The translations under genes and the position numbers were made by a program. Shown piece by piece: positions 13,053 to 26,600 of a stretch of DNA of 64,000 nt; position 1 is the first letter of the stretch; each line of letters starts with the position of its first letter. The stretch is from Eledone cirrhosa (taxonomy: Eukaryota): positions 69,874,001-69,938,000 of the forward strand of contig OZ024740.1 in the NCBI GenBank assembly GCA_964016885.1, given 5' to 3'. The notes under the pieces are model-generated. The model did not search any database. It was not told the DNA's origin and saw nothing but the letters and a program-made list of their open reading frames with translations.

Positions 13053-15248
13053 AGAATGCTGCATGCATTGCTGAAGGCGGATAGGCTCCACCAGGTTAAA
13101 TTGCTCTAAGCACGCCGTACGTCATGACAAAGTAGATTTGATGTCAGCGAGATTCGACTTAAGATAAAGAGCCGTAACTAAATACTATAGGACATAGCCA
13201 ATTGTATCAATAAGTACAAATGTAATGGCGCAGCTATGTCTGGGTGGCTAAGGAGTTCGCCTCACAACACCCTGACACACTGGGAAAAGTTTTTCTACTG
13301 TAGACTGTACTTGAGCAAAGCCTCATGAGTGTAATTTAGTAGAAAGCAGTAACAGATATGTGTGAATGGTACAATATCTTCTTAAACAACGATTCTTTTC
13401 ACCTCTCATCTTTAGGCACCCTGAAATTAAAACAAAATTTGGCCCTGGTGAAATGAGTCTGGGAGTCAAAAGTTAAAGAATTTCGACATATGGTAACATG
13501 GAGAATTCCAGTAAAGCTCAAACTATACATCAAATTAACAAATAGATGCTCTCTTTGCTTCATGGAACATTCAGAATTTTGCAAGTTTTAACCTAATCAA
13601 AGAAATGCTTGAACTCTAAATATGAGCTATCTAAAATCTGAGTACAGGTCAAAAGCCACCTCTTTCAACATGGTAGAGTTAACCGAACAAAATCCAGACG
13701 ACTGAGGTATTACAACTGCCATAATTCCAACAAATTAACCTTTTTATAAATGTCTGTTATTGTCTTCTACAACCCACACCACACTACCAGAACCAATCAT
13801 TGCGACACAAAGAGCTACACACATGCTTTCATTATAGAGGCGCCAGCCACAAGATACTTACTGTTATGATGTACTGCACCCGAAAAAATGATATCTGGTT
13901 AATCACTAGAATCGGGCACGCAGATAGAAATGTACACACGTCACAATAGTTCTTGTTTTTGCTTGAGTCGCCTCCGTTAGAAAACAAATCAGGTAACGGA
14001 GGGCGATGTCTTATGCTGATTTTTTATGCATTCTACACCACCATGCTTAGTTTGCAGTTTTAGCCATACATGAACCATGAAGCCTAATGTAGTGCTATAT
14101 ATGTATGTATATGAATCAATATAATAATAGTGTATTTATATATGTGTTTGTGTTTGATAAAATAACTCCTAAATACCTACTGGGTAACTAAATCCTTTTA
14201 ATGCGGTGTCCTACCGCAGTCTGACGAAGGCAAATAATAACAGAATAACAGCTATACTGCATAATCCTGTAGAGAAACTGTACATGTCGAATCATCCATA
14301 ATTCTTTCTCATTCATTTTGAAAAAAAATATTCACATATGGAGAGCCAACTTAATAATTGTACATAATATTCGTTTTCCTTTCTATATCAGCCATGTTCA
14401 TTTTGCATTTAATAAAACTTTCCATGACTGTGGGATAAAAATATTATTTTTGTTAGAATGCTTTTAATATTGTTTTCAAGTATAATGATATATATTGTTT
14501 TAGAAACAACGCATAAGAAGGTATAATATTGCTGATATTTATGAGCAACTGCTAACAATATATATAATATCTTCGTGGAATGTGCGTTATAGTCAACCTT
14601 TTCTGTCGTCGTTCTGTAAGGAAACTGTTCATTGTCTCTTTGGTTCAGTTATGTGATAGTCATCTCCTGCTCTTGATATGAAAAAGAATATAATTTGAAA
14701 TGTAGAATGATGCAACGGTTACAAGTATGTTTCCTCTCACACCTATGGTGAAATGCGTTCATTATGAGATGGCAACAGACATCATCTGGAAGTGAGTTCA
14801 TCTTTAGGATTTCACTCTTAATTCAGAAAATTGATCTCCAGTTTGTTTTGTACATTTTCCAGTATATATTTGTGCTGTTGTTTAGTAGATTTTATAACTG
14901 GAACTATACGACACTAAAAGGCTGTTTTATCCTTGTTATTTCCAGAAGTAGAATTTATCAATAAGTCAATTCCTGTGGAAGCTTTCAAATTTCAGGATCT
15001 TGTAAATTTTAATATTAACAAAGCCAATTTTCTTCATACATTAGCAAGTCTACCAGATGTTGATTCCGACACTAGTACTGAAAATGTATTGCTTGATACC
15101 TTAAAGTCATGTGAGATGCTTTCCAACCATCATATATCTTTTTAAGATTGTCATAATACATGTTAGTAAATCCTTGATCAAAGTGCCATTGTATAAAATA
15201 ACTTCTTCATTACCTGCATATTTATAGAACTGGGGATAAATAGAGACT

Positions 15249-15440
15249 CATCATCATCATCATCACCGTTTTACGTCCATTCTTCGATGCTTGCATGGGT
15301 TAGACGGGTTGTGAGCAATGCGAAGTCGGGTGACCTTGTCTTGCTCATACGGAAACTGATTTGGGCTTGATTTCTACAGCTGGATGCCCTTCTTAACACC
15401 AAACTCATTTACAATGAGAACTGGGTGCTTTTTTTACCGT
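15249..15440 (-). mobile_element. Short retroelement fragment with RTE-type 3' tail and (GAT)n
   Basis: Reverse complement CCATGCAAGCATCGAAGAATGGACGTAAAACGG(TGA)n matches the 3' end of the RTE fragment at 46750-46803. Confidence 0.6.
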
Positions 15441-16431
15441 GGCGCCTACACGACCACTTTACAGCGTGGGCTGCGTGCTTTTTCGTCGTAACACCTCCAC
15501 GATCACTTTGAAGTTGGAGGGGTGGGGGCATATTGCCTATATGCTTCAGCTTCTGCTGTTTTCCCTAAGTCAACTGTTTAGTATGAACATTTTTGTTGGC
15601 CAAATTCTATCCATGTTTCAGCGGAAAATGTTGTTTCTCAACGTTGAAGATATTTATAGTTTCAATCTTAATCTTGATATTATTACCAATAAATAAATCG
15701 TAGTTTACAATAAGGATTCCTGCTGTTGTGGCTTCTAATGTATAATGTGTGTAATTTTGTGCAAGAAGGAGGTCTTATTTCCAAGCCAAATTTTGTAAGC
15801 TTCATTCGTTGCTTGGATGACATCTTTAAGCATTTGATTGAACCTCCTGACACTCGGCATCACATCAAGCTGCTTTCGCCTGTTGTATTTAACAGCTGTA
15901 TCAGAAACTGCCGAACTGAACAGTCTCCACTTCAGAAAATGTATAAACACGAAAGTAATCGTTGAGTTTGAGGTATGAAGGTGAAGATCATTGGCAGTAT
16001 GTTTGTAAAACATGTTTTCCTGTGTATCAGGTATCCAAGGGCAGTGCCTATCAACATTTTCGAGGCCTCTGAGACATGGGGAGAAAGTTATCCTAAAACC
16101 AGAGGCATTACCTGAATGTTTGCATCGGAATAAACTCCACTAAAGGCATCCTTATATCAGGTTGTGGTAGAAAAGAATCTACCAGCAAAAGAGGATTCCA
16201 ATGGGAGCTACTAGGGATATATTTGCTAAACACAATGATTGTAGCATTTGTGAGTGGAAAATAGCATGACAACGTGTTGCTATTGTTACAAATAGTTATA
16301 AAAGCGCCACCGCACTTCAGTTAATCAAGAAAATTCCTGTGACGAAGAGAGAAAACTATTATGTTTAAAACTATTATGTTTAAATCTCACCAAGTTAATC
16401 GCGGGTGACCTCTTCTACGTTACAAATAAGG

Positions 16432-16655
16432 ATTTCTACTATAGGCACAAGGTCAGCAATTTGGGGGGAGGGGAAAGTCGATAAAATCGACCCCAGTGCA
16501 ATAATGGTGCTTTATTCTATCGACCCCGTAAGGATGAAAGGCAAAGTTAACCTCGGAGGGGAGTGGGGGGGGGGTGAACTCAGACGTAAAGAGCCATAAC
16601 ACTATGCTGCAAAGCATTGTGTATGACGCTCTACCGATACTACCAATCCAACTCC
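16432..16655 (-). mobile_element. tRNA-derived SINE (main family, Nin/Deu-like core)
   Basis: Reverse complement of the A box and of the GCCTTTCATCCTTACGGGGTCGATA core; TSD GTTACAAATAA. Confidence 0.85.
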
Positions 16656-17380
16656 CTTTCCTAGGTTACAAATAATACAAATAGACCAATGAGTACTAAA
16701 TCTCGATCAAGTAACATTAAAATTACACAAGCGCCGAAAAAGATACTTTCACAAAGGATAATATGAAATTTTTCTCATTTTTGGTAAGCACAGTGGCACA
16801 CATCTAGGCATGTTTCTTTATTATTAGACGTCCTCAGCTATGCATAGACTATACAGTACTTATCATATGGTATCACTAGTTGTGTGCATTGTAATGCACA
16901 CAAATTGCAGAATTTCTACAGAGTTTGTTTAATATTGATTTAGACAACAAAAGTTTATTAATTTAAAGCTGTAACACAGAACCCTGCATGGCCTTCCTTC
17001 CCCCAATCTGCTATTAATCATTTTTTTTTTAGTTGAAATTTTCTTGGAGGATTTTATTTCAACTGTTTGTGAACAGCTTCAATATGTGTATGAGTGCGTT
17101 TGCCTGTGTGAGTGCGGAGAAGAGAGGGCGAGAGAGATTGGGAGTTTCCAATTTAGTTCAGCTTCAAACTAAATTACTAAAGAAAGTAACTCATCCTTTT
17201 GAGTACAAAAACAGTACTAATTTAGTGAAACCGATTCTTTCCCTGTATCTCTTTCTCACTTCAGCTCTGAAAGAACTCAGGTGTGTTCAAACCTGGAGAG
17301 GGATGGCCTTCGCCAAGTTTGAACACACCTGTCCTTAAAGAACCTCTACAACTCATTCATGAGTTACGGGACTATACAAA

Positions 17381-17397
17381 CACACACACGCACACAC

Positions 17398-17457
<60 letters not shown>

Positions 17458-17482
17458 CACATACACACATACTCACACACAT

Positions 17483-17540
<58 letters not shown>

Positions 17541-17618
17541 GTTTATATATATGTATATATGTATATATAGGTGTGTGTATGTATGTGTGTGTATTTGTGT
17601 AAGTTTGTGTGTGTGTGT
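17381..17618. repeat. (CA)n-(TA)n-(TG)n compound microsatellite
   Basis: Visible. Confidence 0.95.
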
Positions 17619-17717
17619 AACGATAACTACGGTGAAGTAGATATTGTTATATTTGGAGAGGGTCATGTTGCCAATAAAAAAACCAGCACTAGCTGATATC
17701 TATTATCAGTTCGTTAG

Positions 17718-17886
17718 AGGGTGGTGGATTGGCAGTATCGGTAGCGGGTCAGACGCCATGCATTGTCGCATTGAGTTACGGCCCTTGTTACCTTTGCCTT
17801 TCATCCTTAGGGGGGGGTTAATAAAATAAAGTACCAGTAATACACTGAGGTAGTAGCTGGCCTTGTGCCAAAAGTAGAAACAATTA
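17718..17886 (+). mobile_element. Main-family SINE, internally deleted (B box lost)
   Basis: TGGCAGTATCGG A box, GCCTTTCATCC core, GGCCTTGTGCC tail. Confidence 0.8.
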
Positions 17887-17899
17887 TTAGTTCGTTATA

Positions 17900-18118
17900 G
17901 GGCGGTGGATTGGCAGTATCGGTAGAGGGTTGGACGCCAGGTTTGCAGCATAGAGTTACGGCCGTTTATGATCTGAGTTCAAATCCCGCCGAGGTTAACT
18001 TTGCCTTTCATCCATACGGAGTCGATAAAATAAAGTACCAGTCACGCACTGGGGTCGATTTAATCAACTCTCCCCTCGCCCAAAAATTGCTGGCCTTCTG
18101 CCTATATAAGAAACCATT
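17900..18118 (+). mobile_element. Main-family SINE, full length
   Basis: A box TGGCAGTATCGG, B box GAGTTCAAATCC, core GCCTTTCATCC..GTCGATAAAATAAAGTACCAG. Confidence 0.9.
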
Positions 18119-18508
18119 ATTAGTTCGTTGTCCTACGTACTTGTCAACGATTTTTGGTCACACATTCTGAGACCTCCTGAATGAATATTTGTTTTCTTCT
18201 GTGCCTCCTCTTCTTTCTGGTCATATTTTGTTTACTCCATCTTGGAGTAAACAAAATATGATTTTGATTACAGTATATAGCTGCGCTACGGTAAACCAGT
18301 TGGTGAATGGTATCTGGAGAACGTCAACAGTTTGTAAATCCAAATAGTAACTGTAGTCATGATGCTTTCTGTAATTTTCACAGGTTTAGTAAAATATCGA
18401 GGTTGATGTATATATATTATACTGTTAATGATGACACGGTAATATTATCTTGGCTTTAGTCAGATATGAATCTGTAGCAGAGTATGTGTGTGTATGTATG
18501 TATGTATG

Positions 18509-19447
18509 TTCTCTCTTTCTCTTAATTTCGAGTATATTTTTGACCGCCCACCTTCCTGGTGGCAAGGTTGTAAAAGAAAAGAAATTGTCATCCCTTGAAT
18601 CACAAGAACGTTTTGCAAATTTTGAAGGTGCCAGCTATCGCAGCCATTTGTAGACTATGAATTAGGGAGCTGCGCTCTTTGTCCGCAAATCCAAGTTCAG
18701 TTATACATTGGTCCAAGCGGGTTGGTATATAACCCGTAGCTCCAATAATGATGGGTATGAAGCTAAAGGTGTATCTTGGATACTGGATTTGTAAACTCCT
18801 CATCAATGGTCCGTAGATGTCCTCCTTCTCCTGTATTTTTCTGACAACGTTTACATCAAGTGGGCAGCAGATCTCCACAACAGAACACGTTTTCAATGTG
18901 TGGTCCCAAACAACAATATCAGGCCGGTTGTGCTTTAATTTGGTGGCAGTTTTTATTTTCAGGTTTCACCAGTATTCCTTAGTGCCATCTGTCTCAATAT
19001 ATTCTTTCTCGTTTGTTTTTAACTTTGTTTTCCGAAGTGCGTTCCAGATGGTTCTAGCTATCCCATCGTGTCTCATGGGGAGGTAGTAGCGAGATGACAT
19101 TCTTTCGCAGCTGGCAACAATGTGGCTTACATCTTCAATATTTGTTTTACATAGCCTGCATGTTTTACATGGCCCTCCTCTTTTGTGCAGCAGATATTTG
19201 GTAGGGAGTTCTTGTTCCTGTATTGCATAGAGATATCCCTCAAGGTGTGATGTCATAAACTTGTCGGAACTCCATGCCAGGCTTTTTGAGTGGTTTATCC
19301 CCTCTATGGTCTGTGTTTTACGTTTCAAGTATCCATGCACAACTTTGTTTGTAAATTGGTTAATATTTTCATCTTGTTTGAACATTGAATAGGATCTTCC
19401 GCTTTCTCTGGGTGAGAGATTTATACCAGACTTTATTCCATATCTCA
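18509..19447 (-). mobile_element. 3' fragment of a second R4/Dong-like LINE subfamily (CCHC + RLE)
   Basis: QEQELPTKY..CRLCKTNIEDVSHIVASC..RHD and VVEICCP..EK..Y..PIIIGATG; both junctions lie in (CATA)n on the sense strand. Confidence 0.9.
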
Positions 19448-19748
19448 TGTATGTATGTATGTATGTATGTATGTATGTATGTATGTATGTATGTATGTAT
19501 GCATGTATGTATGTATGAAAATATGTATTATGTATATATGCAAATATGTATGTACGTATGTATGTGCGTACGTATTCTTGTACGTACGTACATCTATATG
19601 TATGTTTGTATGCGTGTGTATGTACGTGTGTGTGGGTGTGTAAGTGCATGTGGTTTTATTTTTTAGATTTCCCAACAATGGATAAAAGAGTTGTTTTCTA
19701 ACATAGAAACAAAGATGTTTGATTGAAATTTACACAACATTAATTATA

Positions 19749-19920
19749 TGGCGGTGGATTGGCAGTATCGGCTTTCCAGCATAGTTACGTCCCTTTACAG
19801 TCTGAGTTCAAATCCCGCCGTGTTTCACTTTGCCTTTCATCCTTACGGAGTCGATAGAATAAAGTACCAGTAATGTACTGGGTAATTGCTGGCCTTGTGC
19901 CAAAAAAATAAAAACAATTA
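19749..19920 (+). mobile_element. Main-family SINE (short variant)
   Basis: A and B boxes plus core; TSD ATTAATTATAT. Confidence 0.85.
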
Positions 19921-20749
19921 ATTATATAGTCAAGGATATATCATGTCGTGTTGATCAATATATTACAATACTGAATATCTATTTATACACACAGCCAATA
20001 TTTGTTCGAGAGGTTAATATAAATTAACTCTACTCCCGTCTATGGCTGATACATATTTTATTGACTAATAAAAGCACTTTTCGTCCCTGACGTCTCTATA
20101 GGTTCGGAATGGAGCTAAATACCTTAATGCATTCAATTTGGCTTTTAACTGTCAAGATTATTTACACAGCTCTTTAATAAGTGTTTGAATCTATCAATGC
20201 GTTTTATGTATCGATTGTTTCGTTAAATGAGTATTTATTACCAACTAATGCGTGTAAGTGTATAATAATTTATAACAATATGTGTAACAATATATTAATT
20301 CATTACATTGGCATAAAACCTCAGATTTATAGCAAAGGTGTTGTGAGATTATGTGATGTTTGTAATTTTATGAAAAGCATTAACGACTTGTGTATTAAAA
20401 CGCTCAAATGAAAACTGCCCACCATATAGTGGATGTTTCATATATCGAATGTCTGAATATCTATGGCATGTATTTGGATAACGAATTGTATGTATATAAC
20501 TTGCATATCTGCATTTCTCTAGGTGTATATTATTTGCACAATATCAGTAGGAGTACTTTAAATGCCTAATGAACGCCAGTGCTATACATTATATAAGTAA
20601 TTAATGTCAGTATTAATGTCAGGGCTGGAATATTTCTCTCAATATATTTCATGACAAATGAAGTTCATTACTTGGCATTGCCTCATAAACAGATGTGTCC
20701 TTTCTTCAGAGTTCTTTGGAATAGCACATCATTAACATAGACAGTATTT

Positions 20750-20900
20750 GAAGGTGATAGATTAGTACAATAGGTGGAGCAGTTGAAAGCGTCTTACTGC
20801 ATCCTGTTCCGCCATTTTACGTTGCGGAGTTCAAATGTCACCAAGTTCGACTTAGCATTTCTTCCTCGGGAAAATAAAATACTTACAAAGTATTAGAGTT
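20750..20900 (+). mobile_element. Degenerate main-family SINE
   Basis: GAGTTCAAATG B-box-like motif and decayed core. Confidence 0.45.
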
Positions 20901-20998
20901 TAATTGATTGTAATTTCAGTTTAGGATGCTGGACTTCAGACAATGTTTGCAGTCAATATTTCAGCTTAGAACTGCAAATCGAAGAAACAGTATATAAT

Positions 20999-21184
20999 TG
21001 TTTCTACTTTTGGCACAAGGCCAGCAATTATCTCAGTGTATTACTGGTACTTTATTTTATCGACCCTGTAAGGATGAAAGGCAAAGTTAATCTCGGCAGG
21101 ATTTGAACCAGATCATAAAGGAGGTAACTCTATGCTTCAAAGCATGGTGCCCAACCCTCTACCGATACTGCCAATCCACCACCC
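20999..21184 (-). mobile_element. Main-family SINE (short variant)
   Basis: Reverse-complement A/B boxes and core; 16-bp TSD AGAAACAGTATATAAT at 20983 and 21185. Confidence 0.9.
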
Positions 21185-22359
21185 AGAAACAGTATATAAT
21201 GTAAAACATTTTGTCATGGGGAACCTTATTCACATTCTATCATCTTACAGCTAGATAGATAGGCCAATGGGAGAGTAAATTCTTTGACTTCAAATACAAT
21301 TGATAGCTTGGTGAAGATATAGATTAACTAATGCTTTCACAAAACACCCACAGACAAGAGTCTACGTGGTCACTCAACCTTCTAGGGAGCACAGTCGTTA
21401 AATCCTAATGTGTTACATACTATAAAAAATACTATAAAAAGTAAAGACGAGATGCGCACGGCTATAATTCGTTTAATCATAAGTATGCTCTATCAGGATT
21501 TAGATAGGGCTAGACAATAACAATTGATACATGTTCTCTCCATCTAAATTCATGCATGTTTAAACTGTAGACCGAAGCTACTTCTATGTTGGATAGTTTC
21601 GGCAACAGATTTTTAAACCTTGCACAAAATATACTGCATATGATAGAGTAGGAACTCTTTTTATCCTGTTGGCTATCCGATAATCGGGCAATCCGGTTAA
21701 TCACTGATCGCTTTCCTAAAACTAAATAGCTAAATTATAAATGATATACCTTGTCATTTTTTTAAATAATATTAAAGCTATAAAGAACGAAATATTTGCT
21801 ACAAACTGGGATCGAACTTACAATCTCTACTACAAATTATTTCTAAACTGTTTCTTATCTGCTGATTTCATTCCCAGAATCTATATATATAGATATACTC
21901 ATTAATAACTGTCATTGATGTACACTACATGTCTAACCTTCTTTCGGTGTTCTATTAAGCGTGTCAGACATGCTGGCAGGCAGTTTTCATATAGAATGGT
22001 GTTACTTCTATCATTTCCTCTCTTAATATTTTAATAAAATAACGAAATCTGATATGACAGTGAGGGAGTGGGGGTGAAGGGTTTGGGAAGGGGGGGGGGG
22101 GATAGAAAATGTTTAACGAAGGAAAAATAAACAGAGTTTTATTTTTTTTAAATAAACGACGTTAAATGAAAGAGAAAATAACAATGCAAATAGAAACATG
22201 ATTCTCAAGAGCAGCAGCAACAACAATAATAACAACAACAGCAGAAACAGCAATAGCAGAACCAGCACAAGCAGCAACAACAACAATTGTAACAGCTACA
22301 GCAGTAATTAAACAAAAATAGTATAAAAAAACAACAGACGTTACAACGAATGATAGTGA

Positions 22360-22573
22360 TTTTTACTATAGGCACAAGGCCAGCAATGTTGTTAGAGGAG
22401 AAAGTCGATTAAATCGACCTCAGTGCGTTACTGGTATTTTATTTTATCGACTTCGTAAGGATGAAAGGCAAAGCTAACTTTGGTGGGATTGAAACTCAGA
22501 ACGTAAAAGGCCGTAACTCTATGCAGCAAAGCATGCTGTCCGACGTTCTACCGATTCTGCCAATCCAGCGCCC
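22360..22573 (-). mobile_element. Main-family SINE
   Basis: Reverse-complement core AGGATGAAAGGCAAAG and head CCGATTCTGCCAATCC. Confidence 0.85.
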
Positions 22574-22634
22574 TGTTGCAACTAATAATAGTAAAGCAAC
22601 AACATAATGTTAGCAACAACTGCAATAGTAGCAA

Positions 22635-22890
22635 TACTGGTACTCCGTCGGTTACGACGACTTGCTTTCCAGTTGATACGTCCAACGGAAGAGACTGCTC
22701 GTGAAATTAACGTGCAGGTGACTGAGCATTCCACAGACGCGCATACCTTTAATGTAGTTCTCAGGAAGATTTATCATGATGCACAATGAGACATGGTTGG
22801 TCGTTCGAATTACGGGTACCACTCATTTTTACCAGCCGTGTGGACTGGAACATCTAAAAATAAAGTGTCTAATTCAATGACACAACGAGG
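22635..22890 (-). mobile_element. SINE body/tail of the second family (headless)
   Basis: Reverse complement CGTTGTGTCATTGAATTAGACACTTTATT..CCAGTCCAC resembles the core at 9270-9320 and 23165-23212. Confidence 0.55.
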
Positions 22891-22964
22891 AATGAAGAAA
22901 AGAGTAGATTGGCAATACAACAGTAGCAACAACAACGGTAATTATAGCAACAGTAATAGTAATT

Positions 22965-23258
22965 GCAGCTGGTAAAGACCATTGGATCCGGACCTAGAAA
23001 GTTTCCCTCCGAGGCACAAGTCCGTGCAGGGTTGTTTATGGAAAACCAGTAGTCGCCAATGATTACCAACCTCCCCTCTCCATGTCACCGATGATGTTCA
23101 AGGGAAAGGCAATGGCCGATACAGCTTGGCACTAGTGACGTCGTAACTCATTGCTACAGCTGAGTAAACTGGAGCAACGTGAAATAAAGTGTCTTGCTCA
23201 AGGACACAACGCATCACCCGGTCCGAGAATCGAACTCACAACCATCCGATTGCCAGCG
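22965..23258 (-). mobile_element. tRNA-derived SINE (second family)
   Basis: Reverse complement GAGTTCGATTC B box followed by GTGTCCTTGAGCAAGACACTTTATTTCACGTTGCTCCAG. Confidence 0.75.
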
Positions 23259-23631
23259 CAACTATAATAACAAAAGAAAATGAACAATAGCAACAACAAA
23301 AAAACAGCAACAACTGTACTAACAACAACACATCAGAAACAATAACAACTGTTGCAAGTAGAGCATTATGAATTGAAGGTAAGCAACGACGTCGCAACCA
23401 CAATGATAATAGTATGGGCCATAGCATTAGCAACGATGGAATTAAAGGTGATAATAACTAGGAGGATGAGGGGCGGGGGTAGAGTAAGAGAATAAGGAGG
23501 ATGAGGAGGATTTGGAGAAGAAGAAAGAGGACATTTGATATTGTTATTCCAACATTAGTGATAACGATATGGAATACATTAAAACTATATAAGAGCAATA
23601 CTATGGTAACTACAACAAGGCATGAAACAGA

Positions 23632-26600
23632 TATCAGCAACAGCAGCAACAGCAGCAACAGCAGCAGACAATAACAATAGTAGCAACAACAGCAACAACA
23701 ATAACAATAGTAGTAAAAATAGCAACAACAACAACAACAATAACAATAGTAGTAACAACAGCAACAGCAGCAACAACAACAATAACAATAGTAGTAACAA
23801 CAGCAACAGCAACAACAACAATAACAATAGTAGTAACAACAGCAACAGCAACAACAACGATAACAATAGTAGTAACAACAGCAACAGCAGCAACAACACT
23901 AACAATAGTAGCAACAACAGCAACAGCAGCAACAACAATAGTAGTAACAACAGCAACAGCAACAACAACAATAACAATAGTAGTAACAACAGCAGCAACA
24001 ACAACAACAATAACAATAGTAGTAACAAAAGTAATAGCAGCAACAACAATAACAATAGTAGTAACAACAGCAACAACAACAACAATAGCAATAGTAGTAA
24101 CTACAGCAACAGCAGCAACAACAATAGTAGTAACAACAGCAACAGCAACAACAACAATAACAATAGTAGTAACAACAACAGCAACAACAACAATAACAAT
24201 AGTAGTAACAACAGCAACAGCAGCAACAACAATAACAATAGTAGTAACAACAGCAACAGCAGCAACAACAATAACAATAGTAGTAACAACAACAACAGCA
24301 ACAACAACAATAACAATAGTAGTAACAACAGCAACAGCAGCAACAACAATAACAATAGTAGTAAGAACAGCAACAGCAGCAACAACAATAACAATAGTAG
24401 TAACAACAGCAACAGCAGCAACAACAATAACAATAGTAGTAACAACAACAACAGCAACAACAACAATAACAATAGTAGTAACAACAGCAACAGCAACAAC
24501 AACAATAACAATAGTAGTAACAACAGCAACAGCAGCAACAACAATAACAATAGTAGTAACAACAGCAACAGCAACAACAACAATAACAATAGTAGTAACA
24601 ACAACAACAGCAACAACAACAATAACAATAGTAGTAACAACAGCAACAGCAGCAACAACAATAACAATAGTAGTAACAACAGCAACAGCAACAACAAAAA
24701 TAACAATAGTAGTAACAACAGCAACATCAACAACAACAATAACAATAGTAGTAACAACACAACAGCAGCAACAACAATAACAATAGTAGTAACAACAGCA
24801 ACAGCAACAACAACAACAACAATGGTCGTAACAACAGCAACAGCAGCAACAACAATAACAATAGTAGCAACATCAGCAACAGCAGCAACAACAATAGTAG
24901 TAACAACAGCAACAGCAGCAACAACAATAGTAGTAACAACAGCAACAGCAGCAACAACAACAATAACAATAGTAGCAACAACAGCAACAGCAGCAACAAC
25001 AATAACAATAGTAGTAACAACAGAAACAACAACAACAACAATAACAATAGTAGTAACAACAGCAACAGCAGCAACAACAACAATAACAATAATAGTAACA
25101 ACAGCAACAGCAACAACAACAATAACAATAGTAGTAACAACAGCAACAGTAACAACAGCAAAACCAATAGTAGTAACAACAGCAACAGCAGCAACAACAC
25201 TAACAATAGTAGCAACAACAGCAACAGCAGCAACAACAATAGTAGTAACAACAGCAACAGCAACAACAACTATAAGAATAGTAGCAACAACAATAACAAT
25301 AGTAGTAAAACAGCAACAGCAGCAACAAAAACCATAACAATAGTAGTAACAACAGCAACAGCAGCAGCAACAACAACAATAACAATAGTAGTAACAACAG
25401 CAACAGCAGCAACAACAATAACAATAGTAGTAACAGCAGCAACAGCAGCAGCAACAATAACAATAGTAGTAACATCAGCAACAACAATAACAATAGTAGT
25501 AACAACAGCAACAGCGGCAACAACAATAACAATAGTAGTAAAAACAGCAACAGCAACAACAACAATAACAATAGTAGCAACAACAGCAACAGCAGCAGCA
25601 ACAACAATAACAATAGTAGCAACAACAGCAACAGCAGCAACAACAACAATAACAATAGTAGTAACAACAGCAACATCAGCAACAACAACAATAACAATAG
25701 TAGTAACAACAGCAACAACAATAACAATAGTAGCAACAACAGCAACAGCAGCAACAACAACAATAACAATAGTAGCAACAACAGCAACAGCAGCAACAAC
25801 AATAACAATAGTAGTAACAACAGAAACAGCAGCAACAACAACAACAATAGTAGTAACAACAGCAACAGCAACAACAACAATAACAATAGTAGTAACAACA
25901 GAAACAGCAGCAACAACAATAACAATAGTAGTAATAACAGCAACAGCAGCAACAACAATAGTAGTAACAACAGCAACAGCAGCAACAACAATAACAATAG
26001 TAGCAACAAAAGCAACAACAGCAACAACAATAACAATAGTAGTAACAACAGCAACAGCAACAACAACAATAACAATAGTAGTAACAACAGCAACAACAAC
26101 AACAACAATAACAATAGTAGTAACAACAGCAACAAAAACAATAACAATTGTAGTAACAACAGTAACAACAGCAGCAACAACATTAACAATAGTAGTAACA
26201 ATAGCAACAGCAACAACAACAATAACAATAGTAGTAACAACAGCAGCAACAACAACAACAATAACAATAGTAGCAACAACAGCAACAGCAGCAGCAACAA
26301 CAATAACAATAGTAGTAACAACAGCAAAAGCAGCAGCAACAACAATAACAATAGTAGCAACAACAGCAACAGCAGCAGCAACAACAATAACAATAGTAGT
26401 AACAGCAGCAACAGCAGCAACAACAATAACAATAGTAGCAACAACAGCAACAGCAGCAGCAACAATAACAATAGTAGTAACAACAGCAGCAACAACAACA
26501 ACAACAACAATAACGATAGTAGTAACAACAGCAACAGCAGCAGCAACAATAACAATAGTAGCATCAACAGCAACAGCAGCAACAACAATAACAATAGTAG

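Noticed and set aside
17900-17990. tRNA genes
   Set aside because: The A/B boxes belong to SINE heads; no cloverleaf or acceptor stem.
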